Notes: generated by a model from the sequence alone, not told the origin. A stretch of 64,000 nt of DNA from Paraspadella gotoi (GCA_051294375.1 CM119267.1:17834992-17898991), one strand, 5' to 3'. Shown: positions 13,940 to 28,773, counted from the first letter of the stretch. Translations and numbers: made by a program.

Positions 13940-14270
13940 GATCACTGGCGTGTTTAATGGCGGTCGTTTTCCAAATGTCGTTGCCTCGGACGCAAATGAT
14001 TGCTCTGACCTTTTTTTTTCTCCTCTTAACGAGACAACGAGACTCGCGAAGGTAAAACGAATCTGTTGTTCCTTTGTTTTGGACTCTGAAAAGTTTTGCT
14101 GAGGAAGAGGAGGTGAACCGATTGGCGCGCCGCGGGCGATGGAGAAAGGAATTAAATCGGGAGAAGACAAAAGGGCCATGATTAAAGTCTGAGGGGAGAG
14201 GAATTTTCTTAGATAAGAAAGAGAGAGAGCTAAACAAACTTACCAGAGATAAAAGAGAGAGAGAGAGAGG

Positions 14271-14302
<32 letters not shown>

Positions 14303-15756
14303 GAGAGTAAGAGAGAAAGATGAAGTCAAAAAGAATGAGGAGACAATGAAGACATAGACCGCTAAAACTAAGAGACAGAGACAACCAAGAGGCAAAGAGA
14401 GAGAGACAGAGTCAAAAAAGGGCGGGAATTCCCCTGATGGCCGACTTTCGATTTTCTTACTACTTTCTCATGCAGATCCAAACGGAGGTTGAATAGTGAA
14501 CGACGACGACGATGACGGCGACGACGATAATGTTGTCGAAAACGAAGGGCAATGACGACGACGACGACGACGACGACGACGATTATTGTCCGATGATCGT
14601 GAAACGTAAGACGAGAGCGAGAGCGAAAACCGATACTGCGAGCAGACACAATGACAGAGATGACCACGATCATGACAATAATGACAACGCTGATGGAAGG
14701 AGCGACAACATCAACCACAATGACGAAACCCCATCGAACATGCGCCTAAAATATGGCGACGAGAATAGTTTTAAAAAGAAGCCGAGAACGACGACGACAA
14801 CGGAGACGACGAAAACGACGACGACAACAACGATGTTGATAATGATTCCCCATCCCGCCGACGACGAAAAAAGCCTACGCTCCGCACCGATCGATCATTT
14901 CTCATGTTTTCCAAAGAATAAACTTGTCGTCGTTGTTGTAGGACTTCGTCGTCGTCGTCGTCGTCTTTGTTGTTCCCGCCAAATATTTCTGACAAATGAA
15001 AACAGAAATAAATGTTAAAAAAAAATGAAAAAAAAATTTCTTTCTTCGACGGATTACTTTCGTCATAGACGCGATATATTTGATAAATAGTTGCTAAAAG
15101 TTATAACTGACATATAGAAATTTTAAAAATTATATTCGGAAAAAATAAATTCACAAAACTGTTAACCCAGATCAAGGCTCGAAAATTACCAACCGAAACA
15201 TGTCCGTTTTATTTTGAAAATAAATTCGTTGTAGAACAATATTCAAATATTTTTTCGCTAAAATTAAAAGTTAAACCGAGATTTCTTTTCGTCTCTGCCC
15301 AACTTAAAAATCTCTCCTTTTCTCAGTTCCACGTTCCGTTTCGTCGCTCGCAGGATCAGGCGACGACAGCAGCAGCAGCCAGCCGCATCAGGCGCCGCTT
15401 GGTTTCCCTCCGCCGCCAATGACGTCATTTCTGCTGCGTCGAAGATTAAAATTTCGCGCCGATCACTCGATTCTTCGAAGACCCGGCTTTTTCAACGCCC
15501 ACTTTTGGAGCGCTCTTTTAATTCGGCGCGCCTACGTGCAATTAAACGATAACGTCGCTCGTTCCCGACAAAATCGAGGAACTTCCGGCCGAAAGCGATC
15601 GCAAAGACAAGAAAGAGTTACCCCGATCGCTTCTCTAAACCGTCGCTAAGTAACCAGTTATTTGCGTCTCTCTCTGATCCAACTGATTTTCCGAGGAACA
15701 GGTGTTGCGAAGTATTAGCGAAATCAGACAGATTGAGAGAGAGATTGAGAGAGAGA

Positions 15757-15962
15757 NNNNNNNNNNNNNNNNNNNNNNNNNNNNNNNNNNNNNNNNNNNN
15801 NNNNNNNNNNNNNNNNNNNNNNNNNNNNNNNNNNNNNNNNNNNNNNNNNNNNNNNNNNNNNNNNNNNNNNNNNNNNNNNNNNNNNNNNNNNNNNNNNNNN
15901 NNNNNNNNNNNNNNNNNNNNNNNNNNNNNNNNNNNNNNNNNNNNNNNNNNNNNNNNNNNNNN
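15757..15962. other. Assembly gap (206 N) at an (AG)n tract
   Basis: N run; the homologous interval is resolved in the copies at ~31940-32130 and ~58500-58680. Confidence 0.98.
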
Positions 15963-16410
15963 CCGATACAAGAAACAAACACTTTCACTCAGAAAATATA
16001 TACTCTATATTATGAGTTATCCTTTTTCATTGACGTAACTCCAGACTCTCTTGCATTCAATGGTTTATCCAAGATCATATCGGCCTCCTTCAAGAGAATC
16101 AACTCACTCATTCGTTGAAGGATCCAATTAACGGAAAAGCGATAGGCAAAGACGGCGCCACCCCCCCCCCCAAGTCTTGGCAACGACGCTGCTTCGTCGC
16201 CACCGAGACCTTTCTCGAAAGACGCCGGTTATCGAAAGAACGCGTTCGACGGTCTCGGCGTTCTCCAGACCGGAAATGAGGCATCGGCGCGTGACCGACC
16301 GGCGCCGACAGAGCGAATCGCTCGCTCTTTCGGCCAAGGAAATTTTCTGTCTGGTTCTCTCTCACCTCTCTCTCTCTCTCTCCCTCTCTTCTCTCTCTCT
16401 CTACTCTCTT

Positions 16411-16481
<71 letters not shown>

Positions 16482-16666
16482 TTCCTCGTTTATCAACAGA
16501 CCAACGTCACGAAAAAAACAGATGACTCAAAAACAATACAGATGGCACGGCGAAAGAAATTGCGGGAAACGTCAAAACAAAACCGGGACGATGACGGACG
16601 TCAGAATTTTTTCCAGATATGATTGGGGCAAAGTGGGAGTTGGGCGAAGGAGTGAAGAAAGTGAAA

Positions 16667-16714
<48 letters not shown>

Positions 16715-17401
16715 GGAGAGAGAGAGAGTGCAGGAGATATAGAGAGAGACAGAGGACAGAGACAGAGAGAAGGCAAAGTGTGGAAAAGAAAGGCGGGGAG
16801 ATAATCCCTTCCATTTTCCGGCGAAATGTAGCGAAAAATTTATGTTACATTGAGGAAATGTAACCCTTGAAAGGGATCGAGATAAGGAATCGAGTTTTTG
16901 AAGCGGTTTCGCTATTTTTATTAGCTTTGAGAAAAATAATCATAATCACCATGTTCCGTAAGATCAAAGTATTTTAACATTCTAATATCACTTTTTCAAC
17001 TTATATGTTGCAAAAAGATTCTGTGAAATATGTTGTTTTATCTGTGATATATTTTATTTAATCTTTTTTTAATTATTTTTCATTCAAAAACTGCGACACG
17101 GAAATGAAGATGTCAAAAACAAAAGTCTAAAAAAAAATCCCAAAATATGGGTTTTTGAGAAAGCGATAAAAAAATACAAAAAAAAAACCTGCGCGATTGC
17201 TTGCGTGAAGAGACACGTCATCTTCGACGACGAACGCGACGACGACGACGTTGAATGACGACGACGACAGGGCGATTTTCTCGGAAAAGGAGGTTCACGG
17301 CGACTCAGAAAACTCGAAACATAAAAGATAAAACAAAGAATATAGGGCGCCTATAAAATGAACGCTGATCATGATAGAAAAAAAAAAGAAACAAACAGAA
17401 G

Positions 17402-17440
<39 letters not shown>

Positions 17441-19030
17441 ACTGCAGAGAGCAGAGAGAGAGACTGAGAGAGAGAGGAGAATGAGAGAGAGAGGAGAGAG
17501 AGAGAGGAGCGTTGGCCTCCCCTAATCAGCCATTCACATAGCGTTTCGCGCCGGATGCACATCACCATAAACTTCTACGTGACGAATTAGAAAACTCGTG
17601 GATTCACCGGCTGCGCGTCTGGGAGACGAGTCGCCAAATGAGGGGCCAGTTACATTCGGGAATTGTAATGGGAATGAGTTAGTACATCCGGACAAATGGT
17701 AACAATGGGAGAAATACATTCGATAATCGTTAATTGGGTGGATTAAGCGTAACATTTTGATTATAGCATGATAAGGAAGCTTGGGATAAAAATGACGTTG
17801 GTTGTTTATTTATAAGTTAAAAACAATAAACTATAGTTAATAACTATTACCTAATGACATATCGAAAATACTACTTTTCCCACCTTTGCCTTACTTTGTC
17901 TCTTTGTTTGACAGCTTGAAAAGTTAGAACTCAGATTGTTTTTCCTAGGTATTGTAAACATCTGATAAGAATCGGTCTAATTTTTAAAACTTAACGTCAA
18001 ATAATCGCTATTTATTTCCACTCTTTCCTTTTTGCGATTAACAATTTACATTAAAAACGGATCGCGGTTCCATTTGGAGTCGCTCCGTTCACCGCGTCAC
18101 TCCTTCAATGCAAATCGGATGTTTGCGCATCGTGCGGCAAATCGCACACAAATTACGCTGTCGGTATGTACAATTAAATACGCACGAACGAGATTCGATC
18201 GTCGCTGATAAAGAATCTTAGCCATTCGATCGATACAAAATTGTAGCAAAAAAAAAAACGAGAAAAATAATCAAAACGAGGCCCACGAATACGATTATTA
18301 AAAAGGGGGAAAAAAAATATGCATGATGCTTGTTCTTGGGAAAAAAATGTATAGATAGAATTTAGCGGTTGACTCTATGACGACCTAACAATTATAATTT
18401 ATCATCGAATCGAACCGTTGAGCGGACTAATCACCGATGACCTGGCTCGACCCCTGACGGGGCGAGGGTGAACTTTTTTACCGGTGGCGATAAAGCGTCA
18501 CGAGAGGAGACTCAATGGTCGTCTTTCGGGACCGAAGTGTTCGCAGAAGAAGGCTTGTGACTTGTGCATGTAGAGTGAAGATAAATATTTCACCAAATAT
18601 GACGAGAAACGAAATTTAGAAATCAAAAACGTATGTATTATCAAATAAACAAGTTCAAGCCCAACGAAGATCACCATTGAACGAAATAATTCGATTAACT
18701 TCTCACGCGTTTCTTGTTAATTAACGAAGGAATCGAACCAGAAAAAAAAGTCGCCTCAATTCAGATTCAATTTACCCGACGCATAAAAAAAAAAAAAAAG
18801 AAAAAAAAAAGAACAGCCCGACGCAATCGAATTCTCCTGGCGAGCGGAGGAGGAAAACGGAAGAAAACAAAACAACAACGGCGAAGCCGCCAAAGCAAAG
18901 TCGTGGCCCGGTAGGTTTTTTTTTATGGCAATCGTCTCGCTCTCCCTCTCTCTCCCCTCTACCGTATGATTGCCTAACTCGGCCACTGGCCAAAGGGTGG
19001 ATGTGAGGGGGAAAAGGGGGGGTATGAGAG

Positions 19031-19066
<36 letters not shown>

Positions 19067-19710
19067 GAGAGGAAGGGGAAGAGGGAGAGAGAGAGAAAGA
19101 GAGACGAGACGAGAGAGAGAGAGAGAGAGAGAGTCCCACGGCACTCCGATACCTCGACGGACTTTTATTGGCTTCCTACACACGTAAGTAAACATAAAAA
19201 CCTTTTCGCCAACAAGGTGACCGGGCGCCCGGGACGGAAGTTGGAGGTGGCGAGGGGTGGTGATCCGCGGAAAAAGTGGGATTTGATCGGAGAAAAGAGA
19301 AGTGAGAAAGGAAAGGACAATTATAGGGTGGGGAAGATAGAATAAGGCGTGAAAAGAGTTGTTCAATATAAGTGAAAAAAGGATAACAGAAATTAAAAAG
19401 AGGTAAAGAAAGGAAGATGAGTGAAGAAAGGACAATGAAAACCGTTAATAATTTAAAAATTTGCGTTTTAACGAAACGGCAATGGGAAGTAAGGCAGATA
19501 TGTAAAGAGCAGAAGTGAAAGGGGAGGAGTAAAGACTTAAGAATATGGCGGCGGGGAAAAAAAAAAAAGTGAAAAGAATAAATTTTGGTTTTTGACGCTT
19601 CAGACGGAGAAAAAGGTCGAATGCGGAAAAAAGGGTGCAGGCATTCGCGGAAACATATTAATCACGTGGTGGCGACCAGAACAGAAGATGTCGAAGCCAT
19701 CGGCGGTGGG

Positions 19711-22700
19711 GAGATATGTATCTCCCAATCCTTCCGCCCCGCGGTGGTGGCTCTAGGGCTGCCCCAGGGGGCAGACTATTTCCAGGGGAGCCAGCAAAAT
19801 GGTCATTGAAGGGGGCGCCCCTAATAGACCCAAAATGTTTGCCCCAGGGGAACCCCCCTGCGGGCGGCCCCCTAGGCGGCCAAATAAAGTCTGCCCCTGG
19901 GGTAACCCCTGGCGGAGCAAAAAAAGTGCTCCCCCTGGGCGAGTTAAGGAGAGAGCAAAGTTAGATTAAAAAATATACTTTCTGACAACTTTTATAATAT
20001 CTGAGAATCTTCCCCCTGTCTGTTTACTCTCTCTTTCTCTCTTTCTCTTTCTCTCTCACTTCTCTCTCTCTTCTCTCTCTCTCTTCTCTTTCTTTCTCTC
20101 TCTCTCTCTTTTCTCTTTTTTTTCTTCTTTCTTTTTCTTTCTCTCTTTCTTTTCTCGATCTCTCTATCTTTTTCTTTCTCTCTAATCTTTAAGACTTGTT
20201 TATGTACTAAAAAAAAATATACAGTATCGGTTTTGGAAGAACCTGGAAAAGTCCAGGGAGCCTGTAACTTTTTTCGTAAATTGCTGGGAAATTCAGCTTG
20301 AAATCGAAATACGGGTTAGACCTGAGGGTGGTTATTCCCCATAAGAGTTTGAGCCACTTTAAAAAAAAAATTACGTGAATGGGCATTTTTTTGGATACAA
20401 AAAAATTAATTTTGCATACTGTAAAAAAAATATGGTAGTAAATAACTCTTAATATTATGGTGATATAACTGGGAGGGCGTTGCCTAAAAACCAGTGGTAA
20501 AAAACAAAATGATCAAATACAGCCTTTGTTAAAAACTCATTGCATTAACAGTAGCAATATATGTTTTTTTATAATATTGTATTTTTCACGTCTTATGATA
20601 ATTTAAAAAAAATTATTTCAAAATAATAGCTCACTATACACAATAACATACAATGAATAAAATAGAATATTGTTATTCTTTTAATCCAAAATTACATTTT
20701 CAACAAAATCAACATATGCATTTTTTTATTGAACAAATGTTTTTTATAAAAATAGTTTAATTATGCCAACCCACATCCTCGATGCACTGATTACAAATAT
20801 TATAATTTTTTTTTAAATACGACTACCATATTATGAATTTCAAAACCTTAAAAAATACAGAAAAACACCCTAATCAAACTTTAATAATAAAACCGCATTC
20901 CAATGACCATTACGTCTCTCATACTTTAATTACATTATCAAGGGAGAACCATCAGGTTTATTGTGTGAAAGTTATAGATAACTTTGAAAAGGAATGACTG
21001 CAAGGAAGGCGAAAAATAGGGATGGATGAACTTTATCAGCTTGTAATTGAATAATTGTACTCTTGCCTAATAAAGGCAGAACAAAGTAAAATTTTTATTT
21101 TTAAGACCGATTTAGATAGCCCATAAAAAGTTTTCTACACAAAGTATAATGCGTTTTTCAATATTTTGATGATAAGTGGTCAAATAACGGAATAAAACTC
21201 TTAAAACCATCATCATCTCGTCGTACCATAAAATTTTTATAGTTTTTGTTTAAAAATTAAGCAAATTAAAACAATAAAATTTTGAAAGTTCTTTGGTAGT
21301 AATATTTTTTATTTATTTTTTCAATCCTCTACCCAAATCCACTTTTAAAAATTTCTGATTTTGAAAAAAAAAATTTCATGATTTATAGTAATACGATAAA
21401 ACTTTAAATGCTTCATATATTATTTACTATGTATTAAAAATTTAATTTTTTTTTTCAATTTCATCCCACAGGGATGATCTAACGTTATTTATATTACAGA
21501 ACTTTCTTAGTTTTACTTTGTTTCGCCTTATTAAGCAAGAGTATATTATTCAAATTAAAGCTGATATAGTTCACATCATATTTTTTCCCTTCCTGTGCAG
21601 TCATTCCTTATCAAAGTTATCTATAAACTTTCACACAATAAACCTATGGTTCTCCTTGATATGATTAAAGATGAGATCTGCTAATATCATTGGAACGGTT
21701 TTTTATTAAAGTTTGAATTAAGGTGTTTTCTGTATTTTTTAAGGTTTTGAAGGGGTTATATTTCATAATATATAGTTTCCTATTTAAAAAAAATTATATA
21801 TTTGCTAATCCAGTGCACCGAGGACAGTTGGTTGGTCATAATTACTATTTTTAAAAAACATTTGTTCAAAAAAATGCATATTTTGATATTTTTGTTGAAA
21901 TTAATTTTGGTGTTAAAGAATAACAAATATTCTATTTTATTCAATTGTATGTTATTGCGTGTATCAGTTAGCTATTTATTGAAATAATATTTTTTTTAAA
22001 TTTATTTAAAGACTAAAAAATACCATATCATAAAAAAATATATTGCCTACTCTATGCAAATGAGTTTTTAACAAAGCGTATTTGATCATTTGTTTACCAC
22101 TGGGGTTTAAGGCAACCCCTTCCCAGTTATATCACCTAATATAAGAGTATTTACTACCATATTTTTATTACAGTATCCAATTAATTTTTTATGTCCAAAA
22201 AACAATTGCCCATTCACTATTTTTTTTTTCAAAGAGGCTCAAACTCTTATTGGGCGAATAAACCACCCTCAGGTCTAACCCGTATTTAGATTTCAGCTGA
22301 TTTCCAGCATTTACAAAAAAAGTTACAGCCTCCCTGGACTTTTCCCAGGTTCTTTTCAAACCATACTGTACATTTTTTTCAAATTATGTTAACTCATTTA
22401 TTCCATATTTTATCTAAAAGATTATAATATTTGTATTTTTTAACTTAATTATTTTATTTCAATAAAAGATATAGAAACAAGTTTGAGCAAACAAGTAGAG
22501 ATGGCACACAATATTTTAGTGGTAAAGAAGCTACATCAGTCATCTGTCTTTTTTTGTTCTTTCCTTTTTTTACTTTTTTTTCTTTTTTTTATGGATGACA
22601 TTACTAATCGGACTGATAGAGAGACATAATTTAAAAAAAAATATTCATAATATGATGTTCAAAAAAGTATTAAATAAATCATAAATAAACAAATAATGGC

Positions 22701-23364
22701 AGTAATCGACAAGACCATACTTAGTGAAATTAGGAGTCCCAAAAAACTATTTCATCAAGATTTTTTAATTCATGACAACATTAATGAGATCCACATAGCG
22801 TTGAAATAAATTTTTTTCATTTAAGATTTGTAATTAATAATTGTTAGTTTGTAGATTTGCCTCTGTATGAACTCACGTTATGTTGAGGAGAAAAAGGCTG
22901 ATAGTTTGAGAGAGAGAGTAAAGCAAACTTTATATCTAGCTCAATCATACACTTTTTTACCCACACACAAGATTTTCATTCCAATCCTATATATCTAATC
23001 ACAAAATAATTTGAGTTTAAATTTTATTTTAATAAAGATTGAAAAAAGGAAAGATACGATAAAGAGAGAGAGAGGGAGGAGAGAGAAAAGAGGAGAGGGA
23101 AGAGAAATAGGAGGGAGAGAGAAGCCGTCCAGGGCGGCAGGCAAATTCATCCCCCGGGGGTGGCCCCCAGGGGAAAGGTTTTTCTAGCCCCTGGGGGATT
23201 CCCCCTGGAGTGGCCCCTTTGGGGCGCCCAAAAAAAAGAGGCTACAGGGGGCCGCCCCAGGCAGTTAAGGAATGCTTGCCCCCCGGGCCGCCCCGCGGGG
23301 CCCACCCGCGGGGCCGCCCCTAGCAGCGCCCCGAGGGAAGGCGATTCTGAAGGATGACATACTG
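19711..23364. mobile_element. hAT-like non-autonomous DNA transposon, ~3.65 kb
   Basis: Flanked by GCGGTGGG (19703-19710) and GCGGTGG (23365-23371). The empty site ccatcgGCGGTGGGaaactgg is present at ~62405-62425. Right end reads …GAAGGATGACATACTG (CAG-type TIR) and the left end is a noisy match. GC-rich CCCCAGGGG/CCCCTGGGG subterminal repeats at both ends. Confidence 0.8.
20222..22368. mobile_element. Tc1/mariner-like long-TIR foldback element nested in the hAT-like element
   Basis: TA|CAGTATCGGTTTTGGAAGAACCTGG…CCAGGTTCTTTTCAAACCATACTG|TA; arms ~20222-21091 and ~21511-22368 are reverse complements around a ~420-bp AT-rich spacer; no transposase ORF. Confidence 0.85.
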
Positions 23365-23588
23365 GCGGTGGAAACTGGCTTCGTGTGGGAACCCATAGTT
23401 GGCGTGGGCGAGTGTGGGCGCGAGTGTGGTAGCCGCGGTGGAGAGTGGGGTCGAGGATGTTTCGAGCGCCGGGGGAAATGCGGGGGGGATAAGAACAGGA
23501 TTCTGGACTCAAGCAGATAACCCGATGAAGTTGTTGGAAGAAGAGAGATAGAGAGAGGAGAGAGAGAGAGAGAGAAGAGAGAGAAGAG

Positions 23589-23622
<34 letters not shown>

Positions 23623-23962
23623 AGAGAGTGAGGACGCACAGACAAACAAAATGACAACAGAAGGAAAGGGAATACCAGAGAAACAAACTGCAAGAACCTG
23701 CAGGAATGACAATAATAACAGAGCCGGAAAAGGTTTATTTCTTTAGAGAGAAACAAAATAAGCGGGCCGAAAGGAGAAGATTAAAGAAGAGGACAAAGGC
23801 CCAAAGGAGAAGGCGAAGGCCGAAAAGCTGAAGGCGAAGACTAAGGCGAAGACTAAAAATTTTGACGAAAGGTCGAGGGAAGAGTAAAAGGCGGACAACG
23901 AAAGATGAAGGAGGAAAACAAAAGCAAGGCAAAAGGGAAGACGACCGAAAATAGACGAAAAC

Positions 23963-24136
23963 AAGGCGAAGAGCAAAAGGCGAAAGAGCAAAGGCGAAGA
24001 GCCAAAGGCGCGAAGAGGCAAAGGCGAAGAGCAAAGGCGAGAGCAAAGGCGTAAGAGCAAAGGCGACATAGCCAAAAGGCGAACGAGCAAAGGCGAAGAG
24101 CAAAGGCGAAGAGCAAAGTGCGAAGAGCAAAGGCGA
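23963..24136 (+). repeat. 13-bp minisatellite (AAAGGCGAAGAGC)n
   Basis: Tandem units; cleanest copy at 40431-40555 and a third at 63003-63121. Confidence 0.92.
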
Positions 24137-25471
24137 ATCAGCGAAAAAGAAGCGAAATGAGATTTCGACGAAGTGGATAACGTTTTTTTTTTCCATTGAT
24201 GCCAAGTAATAAACTCTGAATCGCCGAAACGACCGAGCGACACCGACGCGCTAAACAATGAGGACGTAATATTTATAAAAAAGAGAGAGGAGGAGGAGGA
24301 GTATACGAGATGCGTTGGCACCGAGTTTACGCCCACGAGTCTCCAGGCGCGAGACGTGTGTTTATTTGTCGGTTACTTATTTTTTAATTTAATGCGTTTG
24401 GTTCTTTGATCCACTTTTATTTTTGTCTGTTACTTGATCCAGTCTTTTTTTTTTGGTGCGGGCGGGCGTGGGAAGTCGTTCCGCCAAAAAGTAGCGGGAT
24501 GGAGGTGAGGAGCGGGAGGTGATTGTGTCGGAAAGGGGAGTAGTTCTGGGGGGGGGAATCGTCGGAAATCGTTTTCCTTCCGTCTATGTTTTACGAGGTC
24601 GAACGTGACGTAGACGAAAGGAGGCCGAATCCGGGACCGGAGGTGGACCCGACCTGGAGTGCGGCGCCGAATTGAAGTGCGGCGCCGAACCCCGAGTTCG
24701 GCGGCCGAACGGAGAGCAGAACGCGACTGAATCGAGACAGTGAATCAGTCACAAAACTCTAGACGAAAAAAAAAAAAAAACTAATCCAGTCGACCTTTAT
24801 CGCCCCAAGTCGTCGTCTAGTCAATAACGAACCACGCCAAAGGTGAATTCGTCAACGGCTAACCACGCCAGCCCTTCCTCCGACGCCCCGCTCATATTCC
24901 ACTGGAATACCCAGGCGCCGAAGCTTCGTTTCCGGGTTTCAAAAATGGCAGCACGAACGAAGATGGAAGGAAGAAGGTTAATGAATTACCCCCCGACGTC
25001 GTCGTTGTCGTTCCGTCGTTGAATATTTGTCGTCGTCCGTATCATCGCCAATTAGTGGCGTTTTTCACACCATCGCAGAAGGACACGGTCCTCCTTTTCT
25101 TAATCTTCACGTCTCCAGAGGTCCAAAATCAAATCAAATCAAGTACTTGGTACAAATTGGTATAATAATTATACAATTTACAATTATAAATATAATTAAT
25201 TTATACAATTATACATTTATTTAATAAATAAGCAGTATCTTGCCCCTCGACCGATACAGGTCTTCGTCCCTCTTACACGAAATGTCACATTGTTCACTGT
25301 CGTGAACCGTCGGATGTCATCGTCACTTTCCTTCTGCCCGTCTCTATGCAGGCATTTATTTTTACTGGAGAATTCGTCCTTACCAAAAACGGTCCACAAC
25401 GACAAGGCTGGGCCGACTGGAAAATAGAGAAAGGCCTTCCATCTCTATTGACGGGGAGAGAAATCTCTCCT

Positions 25472-25504
<33 letters not shown>

Positions 25505-27520
25505 TCTCTTCTCTCTCTCTCTCTGGCCTTTTCCACCTTGAATCTCATGAATGAAATCGGCTTTACAATGTCCTTTTCTTTTTTTTCTATTGTTGGGAAA
25601 AAAAGGATAAAAAGTCAAAAAATAAAACGGATAAATATTAAATAATTAAAAGGAATAAAAAAAAAAGAAAGAAAAAAATGGAAAGAGGAAACGGCCGACA
25701 AACTGAATAACAAAAAAAAATAAAATAAAAAAGAAAACGAATGAGAAAGGTAAAAAAAATATGATTTAAGAAAAAATCGAATTTGTCAAACTCTTGGGTC
25801 GCCAAGAAAAAAAGGAAAAAGAAAGAGAGAAGAACCTTTGAGTTCAGTTAGAGTTTGTTTCGCTGACCAAGAGTTTATATCGCTCATCTTTCATAACACG
25901 AATTTCTTTCCTTTTATCTCTTCCTTTTTCTTTCTTCCTTTTTTTTCTCCTTTTCTTTCTTTCCTTTCTTTCTTTCCTTCGCTCTCATTCCGTCACTCCT
26001 TATCGTCTCTCTTCCTCATTCATTCAATTCGTCCCATTAATGTGACAAAAATCCCGAACGAATCTCGAGACTAGGAAAAAAAAAAACGGCCGCCTAAAAA
26101 AGGGAAAAAAGTTGCGGCTGGATTAATAAAAAGAAAAATGCGAGAGACAGGGTCGGCCACGCCCACCGAGCCCCGAAAAGAAAAAGATAAAGGCGACGCC
26201 GCCCCACAAACCGACCAGAGGGGGGACTCTGATTTCCGCGGGTCCTCGACGAGAAGGACCAGAGGAAGTAAGATAATCTTTGGGGCGACCCGAAAGTGCG
26301 AGACCCTAACTGAACGCAACCGAAATTCGCATTGAAAACCTTTTTTCTTCGGACATTGTGTCGACGCATCTCTCTAGCGTTTTGTATTGCGTTATATGAA
26401 TATTAATTAAAATATTCGTGCTTTACTGTCCTCTAAAAATACACATAAGTTACGATAAGGATATCCACTACGCAAATTATTAGTTTTGTCATCCGTCCAC
26501 GCAGTCATAACATTTACTGACTATCTTTCTTTACCAGAGAGAAACCTCGGGTCTCAATATATCTAGAAAACAAAATGGCCGATTCTCGGACAAATAGATC
26601 ATTAGAAAACGAGTTGTTTCGTAGAGAAATGCACCACTAAAAACAAGAATCTGGGGCCGAATAAAATTAGTCCATCACATCGACCATAATCGACAATAAT
26701 TCTAAGGTTTAATGTTTAATGTTCTCTTAAGGCTTAAACGTACCAAATTTGATCAAAATCATGACAAAGTCTAATTCAATTAAGTCTTTATTTTTATGAT
26801 TATTTTTTGAGGGTGACATCATTGAACAATTGAGCATTGATCATCGGAAAGGTTTGACTTACATTATTTATTATTATTATTTGAAATTGTCACAGTGGTA
26901 CATTATAATTGCCACACAAAGTACGTTCGAAGAAAAACTTTTGGTGAGAAACTAAATCTTATTTTAGTCTAAGTGTAGAAATATTACCAGAATATTACTA
27001 TTTTTTAAAAAAATACAAAAATATTTTAGGTCAAGCATGGATTCCGATTAGGAACTAGAACCTTATTTCCAAAAAATACGAGTTCGTACTTAAATTCGAA
27101 CTATATTTTTTAATCGTTGACCGAAATTTCTCTTTCTTTTTACGCTTAACACATTTTAAAGAAAAAAAAATCGATAAATAAAAAAGAAGAAAGTCCTGGA
27201 GTCATCGAAATCATTCTTTTCTCTAAAGATCAACTTTCTTTCTTCTGAAACAAAAATAGCGGGAAATTCTCTCTTTCTTCTTTTTTCCGCGAGCATAATC
27301 CGTCACAAAGATTATCGATCGTTTGGGGCCCGAGATTTTCTTGGAATCTGGGGAAAACGATTGTAATATTAAACTGTATTAATAGTAATGACTAAGGATA
27401 TAACGCTTCCGTTTCTTCTCTCCATCGAAAAAGCGAGATTTCTTGGTTTTCTGTTCTTGCATGAGTCAGGAAATAAGCTCCAGCCGCTGAGAGATGACAA
27501 AATATGTTAGCTGCATAATT

Positions 27521-27557
<37 letters not shown>

Positions 27558-28773
27558 TCTCTCTGGCCCAGTCTCTCGAAGAAAAGGGTTGGCTCGTCAA
27601 AGATAATTGATCTGCGCCGATTTTGTGTGGAGACCTGTGGGATGGCGAATGTGAGAAAAAGTGTGATGACTTTGGAGGTAAGTTAAAGGTGAGGTCAGAC
27701 GATTCGAGAGGGAAGAAAAGAAGAATTTTGAGTGGACGTTTCCAATGGCAGGTTAGGGCTCGAAGCAGTAAGGGCGGGGAAAAAAAAAAGGAGAGATACG
27801 AAGAGAACCAAATTACATTTCCGGGTGGATTGTTCAGATGAACAATGAAATAATGTTAATATGATTGTATGATTACAAAGTGTGATACAGATTCGACACG
27901 TTTTCTTTTTTTTTAGTTTAGTACGGAATTATGCATTCGGATTCGATCCCCTTGGAAACTTGGGTACTATCACCAATATCACTATCACAAATCAAATAAA
28001 GGGGTTTGGAGGAGATTCCGTGATCATCGCGTGAAGCAGAGAAGATCGCGTGACGGTTTGGAGTAAATTCCTGTGGGCGTCCATTGTCGAATCCATCACC
28101 GCCGCAGCAGGAAAGTTGGTTGTGAAAGGGTGAGCGGTAGATTTTGACATACCTTTTTTTAATTTCTTTTACTCAAATTATGCTATTTTGAGTATCTTTA
28201 TTTTTTAAAAAAAGATAAAAATTAGGTTCCAAAATAGGTTTAAAAAAATCCAATTATAATATGTCTTCGCTTCAAGATCGGCAAAAATTATTTCATTTTA
28301 GACGCATTTTGTATTAATTTCGAACAATAGCGGTTTTATTTTACTATTTTAATATGTAATTTTCAGGAATAATTTTTAAAATTTTTTTCATAAATAATAA
28401 TAAATAACTTTCAAAAATATGTATTTTCAAAATTTAAAACGACCACAACTTATAATTTATGTCAGAGTAAAAATGGCTTCATTTTTGGCCCAATAAATAT
28501 TGATTGTGAAGCGCATTCATCTAGATTGAAAAGTTATGGAGCAGCGACGTGGATAATAGTTGGATATTGTGGGAAGACATTGGACAATCGGGTTTCAGAG
28601 TGAACTCTTGTTGATTGGTTGATGGACTGGGAAATTCCATGATCGCCTTAATTCCCAAAAGGGAAAAATTGGAGGTCTGATCGACGGAAGAAAGAAAGGA
28701 AAAGAGAAGAAAAAAGAAAAAGGGAGAAAGGAAAGAAAAGGGGAAAAGGAGGTGAGGGGCGTTGGGTTAAGAC

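Noticed and set aside
19711-23364. Transposase gene within the hAT, Tc1-like or MULE elements
   Set aside because: No long ORF or DDE-like peptide; the interiors are AT-rich and full of stops
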